Assembly: GCA_964291655.2 (NCBI GenBank)
Contig: OZ219802.1
Span: 1,792,001-1,856,000 of the forward strand
DNA length: 64,000 nt
Direction: 5' to 3'
Origin: Chloroflexota bacterium
GTDB lineage: Bacteria; Chloroflexota; UBA11872; VXOZ01
In this document: in pieces, positions 36,600-47,800 of the stretch
How the letters are laid out: each line of letters begins with the position of its first letter
Position numbering within the stretch: the first letter of the stretch is position 1
The notes under the pieces: generated by a model
Databases searched by the model: none
What the model saw: only the letters and a program-made list of their open reading frames with translations
What the model was told of the DNA's origin: nothing
Position numbers and translations under genes: made by a program

Positions 36600-39500
36600 T
36601 CAACCCACGGGCGAGAGCATCTGGTCGCGCAACTCTTCCAGGTGGAGTGACAGCACCTGCGATACGCCTTCCTCCGACATGCTCACACCGAAGAGCGCAT
36701 CCGCCATCTCCATAGTGCCACGATTGTGGGTAATGACCAAGAACTGAGTCTCTCGCCCGTACTCGCGGAGCAAGCGGCAGAAGCGGCCGATGTTCGTTTC
36801 ATCCAACATCGCGTCCGCTTCGTCGAGCAGGCAGAGCGGCGTGGCACGGGCACTGAGCAAAGCAAACAGCAACGCCAAAGCCACGAGCGCCCGTTCACCG
36901 CCGGAAAGGAGAGAGAGCGCCTGCCGCCGCTTACCCGGAAGTCGCACTGTAATCTCGATACCGGTCTGGTCCGGGTTTTGGGGATCGGTCAGCGTCAAGT
37001 CGGCGTCACCGCCGTCGAACAGCACTTTCACCATTGCGCGGAATTCCTCCGCGACGCGCTGGAATGTCGCCGTAAAGTCCTGGCGAATAGTGCGGCGGAG
37101 TTGTCGTTTTACCTCGTCCAGGTCTTCCCCGGCGGCTTCCAGATCGGCAATCTGCTCGCGGAGAAACGTCGCACGCTCTGCCAGCAGAGAGAATTCCTCC
37201 ACGGCAAGCGGGTTGACGGGACCGATCCGCCGCAAGCGATTCCGCAGCGAGGTCACGCTGCTTTGCAGTTCTTCCAAGGGCTCGGCTGCAGGCTTGGGTA
37301 CCGGCTCTACTTCGGGCTCGTCGCTCAGCCAACGCACCACCGTATCTTCGCGGCGCTGCTGTATGCCCGCCAGCACCTGCTCAGCGCGACTGTGGTCCAC
37401 GGTGCGCGCGGTCCGCTGATTCTCCAGTTCGGCCTTGGCCCGGACCAGCGCGCCGTGCCGCACGCCTAGTTGCTCCAGGGCGGCGCGCTGCTTCTTTCTC
37501 TGTGTATCGGCTTCTTCAAGTTGGACCGCAGTCTGCTGGGAAGTCTCAGCGGTTGACACCACTTCCGTCTGAAGCGCGCGGAGCGCCTCTTCTCGCTCCA
37601 AGCGCGTGGCCGCGAGCGTGCTGCGCTCGCGCAGGAGACCCTGTTGCTCCGCACGCAATTGGGCAATGGCGCGGGTCAGATGCTCTTTCCGCTGCTGCTG
37701 TACGGCAAGCTGAGTCTGCAAAGAATTCACCGTGGCACGCTGTGTCTCTACTTCCTGTTGCTGCGCATTGCCTATGCGCTCTCTCTCGCCGATCTCGCGC
37801 GTTAGACGCTCCTTGGCGGCGACGGCCAACGGCGCTTCGCGCTCTCGCGACGCGATGGCGTCTTCAAGCTCGTCCTGTTGCGCACGCGTCTCCCGCTCCA
37901 CCTGCTCCCACCACGCGCACTGCCGCGCCAATTCATCGTATTCGTGGGTGTGCCGCTGTAACGCGGCGTTGGCAGTTCGCGCCCCGTCAGCACGCTGCGC
38001 ATGCGCCTTGGCTGCCGCGCGTTCTTCTCCGCGCAGTTGTTCTTGCCGGGCACGCAGCGCGGACTCTTTCTCTTCCAATTCTTCACATTGACGACGCACC
38101 TCTGCCAAGCGCGCGGAAAGCGTGCGATACTGCGCTTGCTGCTGCCCGCGCTGCACCGACGCCTGCGCATAGCGGTAGACGCCGTTACTGTAGACCACGC
38201 CGTCTACGCTTACGATCAGAGGCCAGGGGTGCCGGGCGGCGAAAGTGGGAATGGCGGCAATGTCCTTGACCACGAGAATTGCTGCAAGCAATGGCTCAAG
38301 AGCAGCGCTCTCGGGAGGTAGCGCTATGAGATCGGCGGCGCACCCAATGACGCCGGGATGATTGGGAACTGAGCGTGCTTCCGAGTGCAGAAGTTCAACC
38401 GCCAGCACGGTTGCGTTCGCGGCAGCCACGCTCACCAGGTGTTCGACGAGTTTCTCCGCATCTCGAACACTCTCGGCGAAATACGCCTCGCTCGGCAATG
38501 CGGCTTCGATAGCGGTAGCGATGTCTGCGGGCAGTCCCGTCTCTGCAATTGGCGGCAATAGCGTCACGCCAACCTTGGCCGCTATTGCGGCAGGCTTCGA
38601 ATCTTCGTCTGCCGCGGCACCTGCCAGGATAGCGCGTAAGGCTTCTGTGCGGCCTTCCAAGTCAGCGCGATGGCGGAGGGGACGTTGTCGCTCCTTCTCA
38701 AGTCGATGCAGTTCCTGCTCCACCGACGCCAGCGCGGATTCGGCTTTCTCTTTCGCGGCAAGCCGGACAGCTTCCTCGGCCTGAAGTGTGTCCGCCTGTT
38801 TCTGCAGCGTTGCCAGGGACGCGGCACGGTCGCGCTGCTGCTTGCGCACGTGTTGCAATTGTTCCGCCGCTTCGGCAGAGCGGGTCAATACCGCTTCGCG
38901 TTGGCGTTTCCCGTCGTTGATCGCAGCAGTGAGGCTGCTGAGCCGGGTGGTAACGGCAACCCCTTCCTGCCGAAGTTGCTGCAGGGCGCTCTCCGCCTCC
39001 TGACGCGCTTCTTCTTTGCGCGCAATGCCACCCCGCACCGCATGCCACTCACCTTGAAGTGCGGTGAGCGCCTCAGTTGCCTCGGCTAAGACCGCTTCCT
39101 GCTCCGGCAGTCGCGCAATTGCGGCCTCATGCCGGGCGACCAGATCCGTTTCCCGGGACTCGGCTTCCTCCGCGCTCCTGCGTAGATGGGTCTGCCGCTC
39201 CTGCTGTACTGCCTGCCGCCGGGCAAGCTCATTCAAGCGGCTGCGCAGGCCTCCGACGCGCGCTTCCAAGCGGTGCATGCCCTGCTGGTGCTCCTGCATG
39301 GCCTGCTCCAATTGCTTGCGTTCAAGGTCCTGGCCCGTGATCCGGGTATCTAGCGTGGTGAGGACCGCCTGAATCCGTTCAAGGTCTTGGGTTGCCGCTT
39401 GTTCTTCCGCGACAAGCTGCGCCAGTTGCGCCGCGTACCAGGCGTGCAGCGCTTGGGCGAGTTCCTGCTGGAGCACCTCCGCTCTCTGGGCCTCCTTCGC

Positions 39501-40118
39501 TTGGGTTTCCAGGACGGCAAGGCGCGGCTCCAGTTCGAGAAGTATGTCGCGCACCCGGTTCATGTTGTCGTGTACACGGAGGATCTTGTTTTCCGCCTCG
39601 TGCTCCTGCATGTAGAGTGAGCGTACACCGGCGGCTTCCTCCAGCAAGACGCGGCGGTCCTCCGGCCGCTGCGCCAGCACTTGATCGACCAGCCCCTGCC
39701 CAATCATCATGCCTTGCCCAATACCGGCGTCCGCGAGCAGTTGCTGAATATCACGCAGACGCACGCGATTGCCATTGAGGAGGTATTCATTCTCACCGGA
39801 GCGGTACGCCCGCCGGGAAATGCTGATTTCGGCGAGTTCCAGGGGGAACGTGCCGTCCTCGTTATCGAAGGTGAGCGTAACCTCGGTCATGCTGCCCTGC
39901 GCACGCCGGGGCGTGCCCGCAAAGACGACGTCTTCGCTCTTGCGCCCCCGTAAGGCCAGCATGCTCTGCTCGCCCAGCGCCCAACGGATCGCGTCTGCGA
40001 GGTTGCTCTTGCCGCTGCCGTTCGGGCCGACTATGGCGGTAATCCCCTGCGGGAAGGCCAGCCTGGTCCTGGTAGGAAACGTCTTGAAGCCGTGAATTTC
40101 AAGCTGTGTAAGGTACAT
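36600..40118 (-). CDS. smc: Chromosome segregation protein SMC
   Basis: GFKTF, GPNGSGKSN, coiled coils with hinge, LSGGERAL, LDEADA, ITHN. Confidence 0.96.
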   Translation of the reverse strand: MYLTQLEIHGFKTFPTRTRLAFPQGITAIVGPNGSGKSNLADAIRWALGEQSMLALRGRKSEDVVFAGTPRRAQGSMTEVTLTFDNEDGTFPLELAEISISRRAYRSGENEYLLNGNRVRLRDIQQLLADAGIGQGMMIGQGLVDQVLAQRPEDRRVLLEEAAGVRSLYMQEHEAENKILRVHDNMNRVRDILLELEPRLAVLETQAKEAQRAEVLQQELAQALHAWYAAQLAQLVAEEQAATQDLERIQAVLTTLDTRITGQDLERKQLEQAMQEHQQGMHRLEARVGGLRSRLNELARRQAVQQERQTHLRRSAEEAESRETDLVARHEAAIARLPEQEAVLAEATEALTALQGEWHAVRGGIARKEEARQEAESALQQLRQEGVAVTTRLSSLTAAINDGKRQREAVLTRSAEAAEQLQHVRKQQRDRAASLATLQKQADTLQAEEAVRLAAKEKAESALASVEQELHRLEKERQRPLRHRADLEGRTEALRAILAGAAADEDSKPAAIAAKVGVTLLPPIAETGLPADIATAIEAALPSEAYFAESVRDAEKLVEHLVSVAAANATVLAVELLHSEARSVPNHPGVIGCAADLIALPPESAALEPLLAAILVVKDIAAIPTFAARHPWPLIVSVDGVVYSNGVYRYAQASVQRGQQQAQYRTLSARLAEVRRQCEELEEKESALRARQEQLRGEERAAAKAHAQRADGARTANAALQRHTHEYDELARQCAWWEQVERETRAQQDELEDAIASREREAPLAVAAKERLTREIGERERIGNAQQQEVETQRATVNSLQTQLAVQQQRKEHLTRAIAQLRAEQQGLLRERSTLAATRLEREEALRALQTEVVSTAETSQQTAVQLEEADTQRKKQRAALEQLGVRHGALVRAKAELENQRTARTVDHSRAEQVLAGIQQRREDTVVRWLSDEPEVEPVPKPAAEPLEELQSSVTSLRNRLRRIGPVNPLAVEEFSLLAERATFLREQIADLEAAGEDLDEVKRQLRRTIRQDFTATFQRVAEEFRAMVKVLFDGGDADLTLTDPQNPDQTGIEITVRLPGKRRQALSLLSGGERALVALALLFALLSARATPLCLLDEADAMLDETNIGRFCRLLREYGRETQFLVITHNRGTMEMADALFGVSMSEEGVSQVLSLHLEELRDQMLSPVG

Positions 40119-40123
40119 AGGAA

Positions 40124-40867
40124 CTATGTGGGTGAGGTGTAATATGCCGGCAGCGGGTCTTCAGTTTCGATCTGCTCCAATGCTCGTGCCGCAGCAACTT
40201 GCTCGGCCTTCTGGGTGCTGGAACCTTCGCCGGTGGCGAGCAAGGTCTTCTCCTGGTAGACGCCGACAATGAAGTGCCGCGCATGATCGGCGCCACTGGC
40301 CTCTAGCACGCGATACGTTGGCGTAATGTTGCACTCTGCTTGCAGGTGCTCCTGGAGTTGCGACTTGGCATTGAGATCGCCCGCGGTACTCAGAATGTGT
40401 TCGATTGCCGCTTCGAGTTGCGGGGTCAAGAAGGCGGTCACGTGCTCGATTGAAGTCTCGAGCAGGAGTGCGCCGATGACTGCTTCGAAACTGCCTGCCA
40501 AGATTGAGTCACGTTCGCGGCCGCGATTGGCTTCCTCGCCCTTGCCAAGACGGAGCACGGGGCCGAGGCAGGCGTCTTCCGCAAACACGCTCAACTGCTC
40601 TTTGCGTACGAGCGCCGCCCGCAAGCGCGATAAATCCCCCTCGGTCCTGGTGGGAAAGCGTCGATAGAGAAACTCGGCGGTTACGGCATCGATAACGGCA
40701 TCGCCGAGAAACTCGAGACGTTCGTTGCTCTCAAGGCTTGAGAGACCGTGCTCGTGCGCATACGACCGATGGGTGAGTGCTTGCGTGAGGAGAGACACAG
40801 CCGATTCAGGTATGCCGAGGGTCTCGCGAAGTTTCGTGAATTCAGCCAAATCTCGGGCAGTCGGCAC
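40124..40867 (-). CDS. rnc: Ribonuclease III
   Basis: ALTHRS, NERLEFLGDAV, KSQLQE dsRBD. Confidence 0.97.
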   Translation of the reverse strand: MPTARDLAEFTKLRETLGIPESAVSLLTQALTHRSYAHEHGLSSLESNERLEFLGDAVIDAVTAEFLYRRFPTRTEGDLSRLRAALVRKEQLSVFAEDACLGPVLRLGKGEEANRGRERDSILAGSFEAVIGALLLETSIEHVTAFLTPQLEAAIEHILSTAGDLNAKSQLQEHLQAECNITPTYRVLEASGADHARHFIVGVYQEKTLLATGEGSSTQKAEQVAAARALEQIETEDPLPAYYTSPT

Positions 40868-41174
40868 GATCTAATCCATTCACGTTTATGTGGGCGCTCA
40901 TGTTCGTGTAAGACATGGCCGGCCTCTTAGGCGGTCAAATTCCAGTAGCGCAGGTTTGTAACCTGCGGCCAACGGTGTCTTGGGGCAAGTCTTGCGCTTG
41001 ACTTACTTTGCTCGAAACATTGCCGCTAGGTCTTGCGTTACGCCAAATCCGGCCTGCGGGGGACAAGCCCCCGCGCTACTCCTGAATTACAGTGCTTGGC
41101 GTGGGATTCGCATATGCAGCAATCAAGGCCAGTGCGGCTAAACAGTGGAGTTTTGGCTGGATTGGCGCCGTATC

Positions 41175-41207
41175 CCCCTCACTCCGACCTTCTCCCCAGG
41201 GAGAGGG
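41175..41207. repeat. Uninterrupted CCCTCTCC-family hairpin repeat (variant)
   Basis: CCCCTCACTCCGACCTTCTCCCCAGGGAGAGGG. Confidence 0.7.
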
Positions 41208-41389
41208 AGTGGCAAACTTCCCTCAGGATCTAGTTTCGCAATTGTCTCTGCATGGGAGTATTCTCATCCCTGCCCTCTCTCTGGAAAAGTGACTCTGCTC
41301 GCCCGTCGGGCCGGGTTGCGCGACAGTCTCCGTGGGAGCAATTGCCTCTTCGTTCGCAGCCAAACCGGTTCGTTAGCCTTGTGCCGTGC

Positions 41390-42160
41390 CTAGATCAGCG
41401 AACGGGACTGGCACCCGTCGACGGGGATGCACGTGCCGTTCACCCAACTCGCCCGGGGTGAGGCGAGAAAAGCGACCACGTTGCCTACTTCTTCCGTTGT
41501 CCCAAAACGTCCGCCCGGAATTTCGCGTTCGACAAAGTCGGCCATGCCGTCCGGGTCATCGTGCACGCGCCGGTCCCAGCTACCGCCGGGAAAACGGACC
41601 GAGCCGGGCGCGACACTATTCACCCGGATACTTTGGGGCGCAAGTTCGCGGGCAAGACTGGCGGCAAGACCGATCGCCGCCGCTTTCGTGCTGACGTATA
41701 CTGCCGAGCCGCCAAGCTCGCGGCCCCAGATCGACGATACAAATATTACGGAACCACCGCCTGCCGCCGCCAGATGGGGAATGGCAGCGCGGGTCATCCG
41801 CACGCCTGAGAGCAGATTCAAGCCGATGACTTCCTCCCATTCCTCGTCGCTCTGTTGCGGAAACGGCGTGCGGTTGTTGCCACCCACGTTGTTCACGAGT
41901 ACGTTGAGTTGCCCATAGGCTTCTATAGCAGCGCCGACAACGTGCGCCGCGGAATCCGGTTCCGTAACATCACGTGCAATGGTGAGCACCTCAGCGCCGC
42001 TATCACGCAACTCGGCAGCGGTCTCTGCGAGAGTCTCACTGCCGCGGGCGCAGATGGCCAGCTTACAGCCCTCTTGCGCGAGCGCCGCTGCGATGCCTTT
42101 GCCAATGCCGCGACTGGCGCCGGTGACGAGGGCAACGTGTCCGGCAAGTGCGAGGTTCAT
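41390..42160 (-). CDS. SDR family oxidoreductase (FabG-like)
   Basis: TGASRGIG, VNNVGG, YVSTK, RVNSVAPG; follows acpP. Confidence 0.92.
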   Translation of the reverse strand: MNLALAGHVALVTGASRGIGKGIAAALAQEGCKLAICARGSETLAETAAELRDSGAEVLTIARDVTEPDSAAHVVGAAIEAYGQLNVLVNNVGGNNRTPFPQQSDEEWEEVIGLNLLSGVRMTRAAIPHLAAAGGGSVIFVSSIWGRELGGSAVYVSTKAAAIGLAASLARELAPQSIRVNSVAPGSVRFPGGSWDRRVHDDPDGMADFVEREIPGGRFGTTEEVGNVVAFLASPRASWVNGTCIPVDGCQSRSLI

Positions 42161-42177
42161 CTACCCGGTACGGAGCG

Positions 42178-42417
42178 CTAGCCGGAGGTCTGCTGATTGA
42201 TGAACGCTACGGCGTCTTTGATGCTGCGGATCTCCTGGGCCTGTTCATCCGAAATCTGGATGCCGTATTCGTCTTCCAGCGCCATGATAAGCTCGACCAG
42301 GTCGAGGGAATCCGCTTCCAGGTCTTCCTGGAAACGGGTCTCTTCCGAAATCTCGCCGATTTCCGCGCCGAGTTTATCCGCTACTACCGCTTTCACCTGC
42401 TCCAGTGTATCGCTCAT
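42178..42417 (-). CDS. acpP: Acyl carrier protein
   Basis: DLEADSLDLVELIMALEDE. Confidence 0.96.
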   Translation of the reverse strand: MSDTLEQVKAVVADKLGAEIGEISEETRFQEDLEADSLDLVELIMALEDEYGIQISDEQAQEIRSIKDAVAFINQQTSG

Positions 42418-42863
42418 TACTTACTCCTCTAGGCTGTGCGAAACGACACTGCAAATCAATAAACTAGTGGGCTGCACTTCTGCCAAGATTGCTCTTGCCA
42501 CGGAGGGAGTGGCTACACTTCTCGTTCTCATCTCTCGGCGCCGGGGGCCGGCAATCGCCGCATGCGACATCGAATTACACTAGTTTCACATGGAAAGAAA
42601 CGGAACCGGAATCAATCGCTTGCACCTAGCTTACGCGGGTAGTTCCCGCTGTTCGCTTTGCCAAGCCACATCCCGTGCCCATCGGCGCCCTGGCACCCGA
42701 ATCCACTATCGTCCTGCGTCTTTCAATAGAACCCCGGAATGTACAGCGCAGCCGCACATTGCCATCAAGAAACTGAAACCAGCACTTCTATAAAGTATAT
42801 AACCACTGCTATGCGTTAAGAAAGTGTGAACGCGTGCGCTCCAGGACCTTTTCGTAGTTAATC

Positions 42864-42890
42864 CGTCATTCCCGCGAAAGCGGGAATCCA
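42864..42890 (+). repeat. CGTC-type palindromic repeat; empty form of the TGT...ACA MITE target
   Basis: CGTCATTCCCGCGAAAGCGGGAATCCA. Confidence 0.85.
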
Positions 42891-43136
42891 TCCGCCCATA
42901 CCGCATGCGCACCGTCAGCAGCGGGGGACAAGCCCCCGCGCTACGCTAATGTCTATTTTCATAGCAATGACGAGTGGCCCTGAATCATGAACACAATGAC
43001 TTTGAAAAGACCCTGCGTGCGTTCGCGTTGATTGACGGACGATTGGGCAACTCTCGCCAGGCTATGCTCGTCTAACTATTGGAATTCGCCTGTCATCTGC
43101 GAAAGTCACCAAGCCCGTCTATACGCAGCGTGCGTT

Positions 43137-43733
43137 CTACTTCCTGGCGCCGGGCAAGGATAGACCCAAACGCGTGCCGCCGTATACCAGACCGACGGCG
43201 ACGATTGCCTTGGCAATGTCGATCAAGACAAACGGCTCCACACCATTGCGGTACGCGAGCATCCACGGGCTCGCTTCGTCTCTCACCAAGAAGTACCACT
43301 GCGATAGATGGTACCAGCCGAGAACATAGATGACGGCGATTCCTGCCAGTGCCGCTATGATAGACCAACGCTGCCCCAGCCAAAGCGCCAGTATCCCGAC
43401 AAGCGGAGCGGCAACGAGAAAGCCCCAAATGTATCCGCCGGTAGGCCCCAGCAGCCAAGCGATGCCGGAACCGCCGCCGGAAAAGACCGGCAAGCCGATA
43501 ATGCCGGCGGCAATATACTCGGACAGGGCGAGGAACGATTGTCGCGGGGTGAGGCTCAGACCGATGAGCAAGACCACCAAGACCTGTAGCGTAATGGGCA
43601 CCGGCGTAAACCACAGGTGGAACTCCGCCCGCGCCGCAACGGCTACCAGCGCCGCCGCAAACGTCGCCAAGGCGACCGCCATGAGCGCACTACGCGCAGT
43701 CTCGCCGGACAATATCGTCTCTCGTGCCGTCAT
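43137..43733 (-). CDS. bioY: Biotin transporter BioY
   Basis: PVPITLQ, GLPVFSGG, GPTGGYIWGF, PFVLIDIAK. Confidence 0.93.
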   Translation of the reverse strand: MTARETILSGETARSALMAVALATFAAALVAVAARAEFHLWFTPVPITLQVLVVLLIGLSLTPRQSFLALSEYIAAGIIGLPVFSGGGSGIAWLLGPTGGYIWGFLVAAPLVGILALWLGQRWSIIAALAGIAVIYVLGWYHLSQWYFLVRDEASPWMLAYRNGVEPFVLIDIAKAIVAVGLVYGGTRLGLSLPGARK

Positions 43734-43995
43734 CCTCTCATCTCCTTCATTGCAGATTGACCACGTTCTCCGGGCACACCAATGACGATATGCCAACTCG
43801 TCTTCCTGCTGTCCCTCTTGCTCCAACTAAACGAATTCTCAAATTCAATGTATGGTGGGAACTCACTTTGGAGGCTCTGTATTCTTCCTTGGGAGCGGGG
43901 GACAAGCCCCCGCGCTACAAATTGCCAAAACTCCAAGCAATGGACAGGCACTACGCTATGCCTGGTCCAATTCCCACCGGAGACAAGCTCCCGCT

Positions 43996-44472
43996 CTACG
44001 AACCGTCCGCACCTGCACCTTCCGTATCTAACGCGATGAGGTCTTGTCCGCTCTCCACCATGTCGCCGGACTCTACGAGTAACGCCGTCACGTGGCCGGT
44101 CTCTTCCGCGTGTATCTCGTTGAAGACTTTCATTGCTTCAATAATGGCAACCACCTGACCGCTCTCAACGCGGTCGCCTATTTGCACAAAAGGATCGGCT
44201 TCAGGGCTTGACCGGTCGTAATAAATGCCATTCAGTGGCGCCTGAACAGCGGTCCGCAGTGCCGGTTCCTTGCTGGGTGCGCGTGACTCTGCCACCGGGG
44301 CCTGGGAGACGACGCCGGGTCGGCGGCGCAGAAGTACTGCCGTTTCGCCGAAGCGAATCTCTACCTCACTAATTGCTGTGCCCTGCAGGGCGAGAATGAG
44401 TTCGTGCACATCATCCAACCATGCGGCGCTCTCGTCGTCTTTCGTAGCGTCAGACTGCTGCGGCGATTCCAC
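43996..44472 (-). CDS. accB: Acetyl-CoA carboxylase biotin carboxyl carrier protein
   Basis: APLNGIYY, IIEAMKVFNEI biotinylation motif. Confidence 0.93.
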   Translation of the reverse strand: MESPQQSDATKDDESAAWLDDVHELILALQGTAISEVEIRFGETAVLLRRRPGVVSQAPVAESRAPSKEPALRTAVQAPLNGIYYDRSSPEADPFVQIGDRVESGQVVAIIEAMKVFNEIHAEETGHVTALLVESGDMVESGQDLIALDTEGAGADGS

Positions 44473-44484
44473 CGTTCTTAACCC

Positions 44485-45729
44485 CTAGGTTTCGTAACGA
44501 GTAAAGATGAGGCTGGCGTTGTGACCGCCAAAGCCAAAGCTATTGTTCATAGCCGCGTGGACTTCCGCCCGGCGCGCGCTCTGGGGCACATAGTCCAGAT
44601 CGCAATCGGGATCGGGTTGTTCATAGTTGATCGTGGGCGGGATCAGGTTATCTTCAATTGCTTTCAAACAAAAGACAGATTCCACGCCGCCCGCGCCGCC
44701 GAGCAGATGGCCGGTCATGGACTTGGTGGAACTCACGGCGAGGGTTCCGGCGTGCTCGCCAAACGTCGCCTTGATTGCCTGGGTCTCCGCCCGGTCGTTG
44801 AGCGGCGTGGAGGTGCCGTGGGCATTGATGTATTGTACGTCTTCCGGCTTGAGCCGCGCTTGCTCCAGCGCGCTCCGCATGGCGCGGGCAGCGCCTTCGC
44901 CGTCTTCCGGCGGGGCGGTGATGTGGCTGGCGTCCGCAGTTGCGCCGTAGCCTGCGACCTCACCGTAGATGCGCGCGCCGCGCTCCAACGCGTGCGCCAG
45001 GCTTTCCAGCACGAGGACTCCCGCGCCTTCGCCAACTACGAAGCCATCGCGCTGCTTCTCAAAAGGGCGTGAGGCAGCCGCCGGAGCATCATTTCGTGTG
45101 GAAAGCGCGCGCATGGCGGCAAAACCGGCAATCGTCATAGGGGTCACTGCGGCCTCGCTGCTGCCGCAAAACATCACGTCAGCGTCGCCGCGCCGGATGG
45201 CTGCCGCGCCCTCGCCCACGGCATGCGCGCCGGTGGCGCAGGCCGAGACAACCGCCAGATTCGGCCCGCGTAAGCCAAACCGGATAGAAATCGCTCCTGC
45301 AGCCGTATCAGTGAGCAACATGGGAATGAGAAACGGGCTTAAGCGGCTGGGCCCCCGCGCGGCCATCACCGCGAATTGCGACTCCAGCGACTCTATCCCG
45401 CCAATGCCGGAGCCGACAAAGACACCGATCCGGTCGGCATTCTGCGCGGTAATTGCAAGAGCCGAGTCGTCCATGGCCTGTTGGCCTGCCGCCACCGCGT
45501 ACTGGGTGAAGCGGTCCATCCGCCGCACCTCGCGCGCATCCACATACTGCCGCGCGTCGAACTCCTTGACCTCACCGGCAATCTGGGCCGCGAAGTCGTC
45601 AGGATCGAAGCGGCTGATGCGCACTATCCCTGAAGTACCTGCGCACACAGCGTCCCACGAGTCCGCGACGGTATTCCCCACTGGGGTTACCGTGCCCATG
45701 CCGGTGACGACAACACGTATTCGCGCCAT
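44485..45729 (-). CDS. fabF: Beta-ketoacyl-ACP synthase II
   Basis: RVVVTGMG, SACATG, INAHGTST, KSMTGHLLG, NSFGFGGHN. Confidence 0.97.
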   Translation of the reverse strand: MARIRVVVTGMGTVTPVGNTVADSWDAVCAGTSGIVRISRFDPDDFAAQIAGEVKEFDARQYVDAREVRRMDRFTQYAVAAGQQAMDDSALAITAQNADRIGVFVGSGIGGIESLESQFAVMAARGPSRLSPFLIPMLLTDTAAGAISIRFGLRGPNLAVVSACATGAHAVGEGAAAIRRGDADVMFCGSSEAAVTPMTIAGFAAMRALSTRNDAPAAASRPFEKQRDGFVVGEGAGVLVLESLAHALERGARIYGEVAGYGATADASHITAPPEDGEGAARAMRSALEQARLKPEDVQYINAHGTSTPLNDRAETQAIKATFGEHAGTLAVSSTKSMTGHLLGGAGGVESVFCLKAIEDNLIPPTINYEQPDPDCDLDYVPQSARRAEVHAAMNNSFGFGGHNASLIFTRYET

Positions 45730-45842
45730 TTCCGCAATCCTCGTTGTGAAACGTCACTACGAATGCAGGGACGGGTTTGGCAGAGTCTTTGAGAGCCGGC
45801 TCTTTGTGGTCCCTACGAAGCGGCATACCAGCCCGTCATTCC

Positions 45843-46095
45843 TGTAAGTGTTGACTAATTCGTTGACAGAATCTTCTATTCACTGGAAAGCATCGACCGT
45901 GCATGTCATTCCGAGCGCAGCGAGGAATCTAGGGTTCACGTCGAGCGTGTTTGTTAGGATCAGCATCTTAGATTCCGCGCTCAGAGCGACACTGCGCTGC
46001 GCTTCGTTCGGAATGACATGTGTGTGGGGCATGCAGGGCGAATAGTCTTCACGTTCCTAACATCAAATCTGTCAACGAATTACCTGACATTTGCA
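45843..46095. mobile_element. TGT...(A/G)CA MITE (253 bp) inserted in a GTCATTCC repeat
   Basis: Ends TGTAAGTGTTGACTAATTCGTTGACAGA / TCTGTCAACGAATTACCTGACATTTGCA; ATTCC at 45838-42 and 46096-100; internal inverted pair GTCATTCCGA...TCGGAATGAC. Confidence 0.85.
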
Positions 46096-46347
46096 ATTCC
46101 CGCGAAAGCACGCCCCCGCACGGGGGCGCGGAATCCATCCCCTCCGCACTAGTGCACACTGCCTGGAGGGGGACAATCCCTCCCGCTGCATATCAGATTC
46201 TTCCCCGTGTTTCGCACGGGGCCGCTGCCCGCTCGGAATGACTTGAAACGTCAACATTGCTTCTTCTATGGAAAGCGAGACACCGTGCGCCCCGTAGATG
46301 AGACTACACTACAAAGTTGGCGAATTCAACGCGGCGCGTCCCGTCCA

Positions 46348-46373
46348 CCCTTCGACAGGCTCAGGGCGAACGG
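46348..46373 (+). repeat. CTTCGACAGGCTCAG-type intergenic repeat (related copies near 35336 and 36453)
   Basis: CCCTTCGACAGGCTCAGGGCGAACGG; CTTCGACAAGCTCAGTACGAACGG; CTTCGGCAAGCTCAGGACAGG. Confidence 0.7.
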
Positions 46374-46486
46374 GAGACTTGGCCGCAAGCTCAGGGTGGA
46401 CGGTGCGCACTGTCAAGAGACAAGATGGACGAAATGCGCAGAGGGTCAACATTCTTCGCTTGCGACACTTCTGTCGGCGGGCCAGT

Positions 46487-47605
46487 TCACGCGCCTAGGA
46501 AACGGCTCGCCAGCCACGGCGCCAGATCGAGCTCGGTCTTGCCTTCCATGATCCACTTGGCGTTGTACTCGCCGAGGGCCACGGAGAACTTGAAGCCACG
46601 GCCGCTCCACCCACAATCGAGGAACAGGTTTTCGTAGCCGGCAATGTAGCCCAAGAGGGGTTTTAGGTCGGGCGTGTCATCATAGCAGGTCTGATACGCG
46701 CCCTGAAAACGGCCGCGCTTCATCTTGGGCAGCCGCCGCTCGATCACTTCCGTCGTCCAATCCACCATCCATTGCGGCGGCACGGCGTTGGTGGGGTCCG
46801 GTTCAATCTTGACCAGCGGATCGCGCCGGTCGCACAAGACGCGAAAGTGCTTATTGTGCCAGGGAATAATGGCAAGGTCCACGCTGAACACCGGCGGCCG
46901 GTCGTAGAAGTCGGGCGGCTGGCGGTAGAACGACACACCGACTTGCGAGGGTTGAATGGGCAGGCGCAAGCCGGCGGAGCGCGCCACTTTGTGGCTCCAC
47001 GGCCCGCAGGCGAGCACGACTTTGCCCGGCACGATTGAGCCGCCGGGCGTTTCCAGCCGCTCGATGCGCCCGTGCTTGGCGTGGATGTGGGTCACCGGCG
47101 TGAATTCGCGAATTTCCGCGCCGTACGCCCGCGCGCCCGCCACGAACGACTGCATGGTGCGGTAGGCGTCCACGTTGCCCGTCTCGCCATAGAGGAGCGC
47201 CGCGCCCGCCCCCTCCACGTTGGCTTCCGGGTAGAAGTCCTTGGCTTCGTCGAGCGTGAGTGCGCGGGCCGCGGAGCCGTTCTTTCTCGCCCTCGCGGCA
47301 GCGCTTTCGGCTGATTCCATCGAGTCGAAGAGATTCAAGATGCCATATTTAAAAAAACCGCAGTCGCCGCCAATGACGTCGGCAAAGTTGTCGTAAATAT
47401 CGCGGGCGCGTACTGCCAGCTTGGCGATGGTATCGGTCATTTCGGCCTGCTGCCCGCACATGGCGCCGGACATGGAACTTGTGCCGGAGCCAATCGTCTT
47501 CCGTTCGCAGAGCACCACCTTGCCCGCGCCGGCTTTCGCGAGATGATACGTGATCGTGGTGCCGACGATCCCACCGCCAATTACAACGACATCTGCGGTT
47601 TCCAT
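46487..47605 (-). CDS. FAD-dependent oxidoreductase (DAO / sarcosine oxidase beta-like)
   Basis: VVIGGGIVG, VLACGPWS, TPDLKPLLG, GWSGRGFK. Confidence 0.9.
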   Translation of the reverse strand: METADVVVIGGGIVGTTITYHLAKAGAGKVVLCERKTIGSGTSSMSGAMCGQQAEMTDTIAKLAVRARDIYDNFADVIGGDCGFFKYGILNLFDSMESAESAAARARKNGSAARALTLDEAKDFYPEANVEGAGAALLYGETGNVDAYRTMQSFVAGARAYGAEIREFTPVTHIHAKHGRIERLETPGGSIVPGKVVLACGPWSHKVARSAGLRLPIQPSQVGVSFYRQPPDFYDRPPVFSVDLAIIPWHNKHFRVLCDRRDPLVKIEPDPTNAVPPQWMVDWTTEVIERRLPKMKRGRFQGAYQTCYDDTPDLKPLLGYIAGYENLFLDCGWSGRGFKFSVALGEYNAKWIMEGKTELDLAPWLASRFLGA

Positions 47606-47800
47606 AGAGTCTCCACTCTCTCCTCGTACTCAGCAGGATAACGCCTGCTTAGTTTGGTGCGAAGTATTGCCACTATTCTAGACGCAACGCGGTCGAGCCG
47701 TACACTATTTGGCCTTGGGGCGTTTGTCGTGGGGAAGTGCCGCTGTACGCGTGAATCGGATTGCGGTGGATGTGCCGGACTGCGTACCGTGCTTGGATTC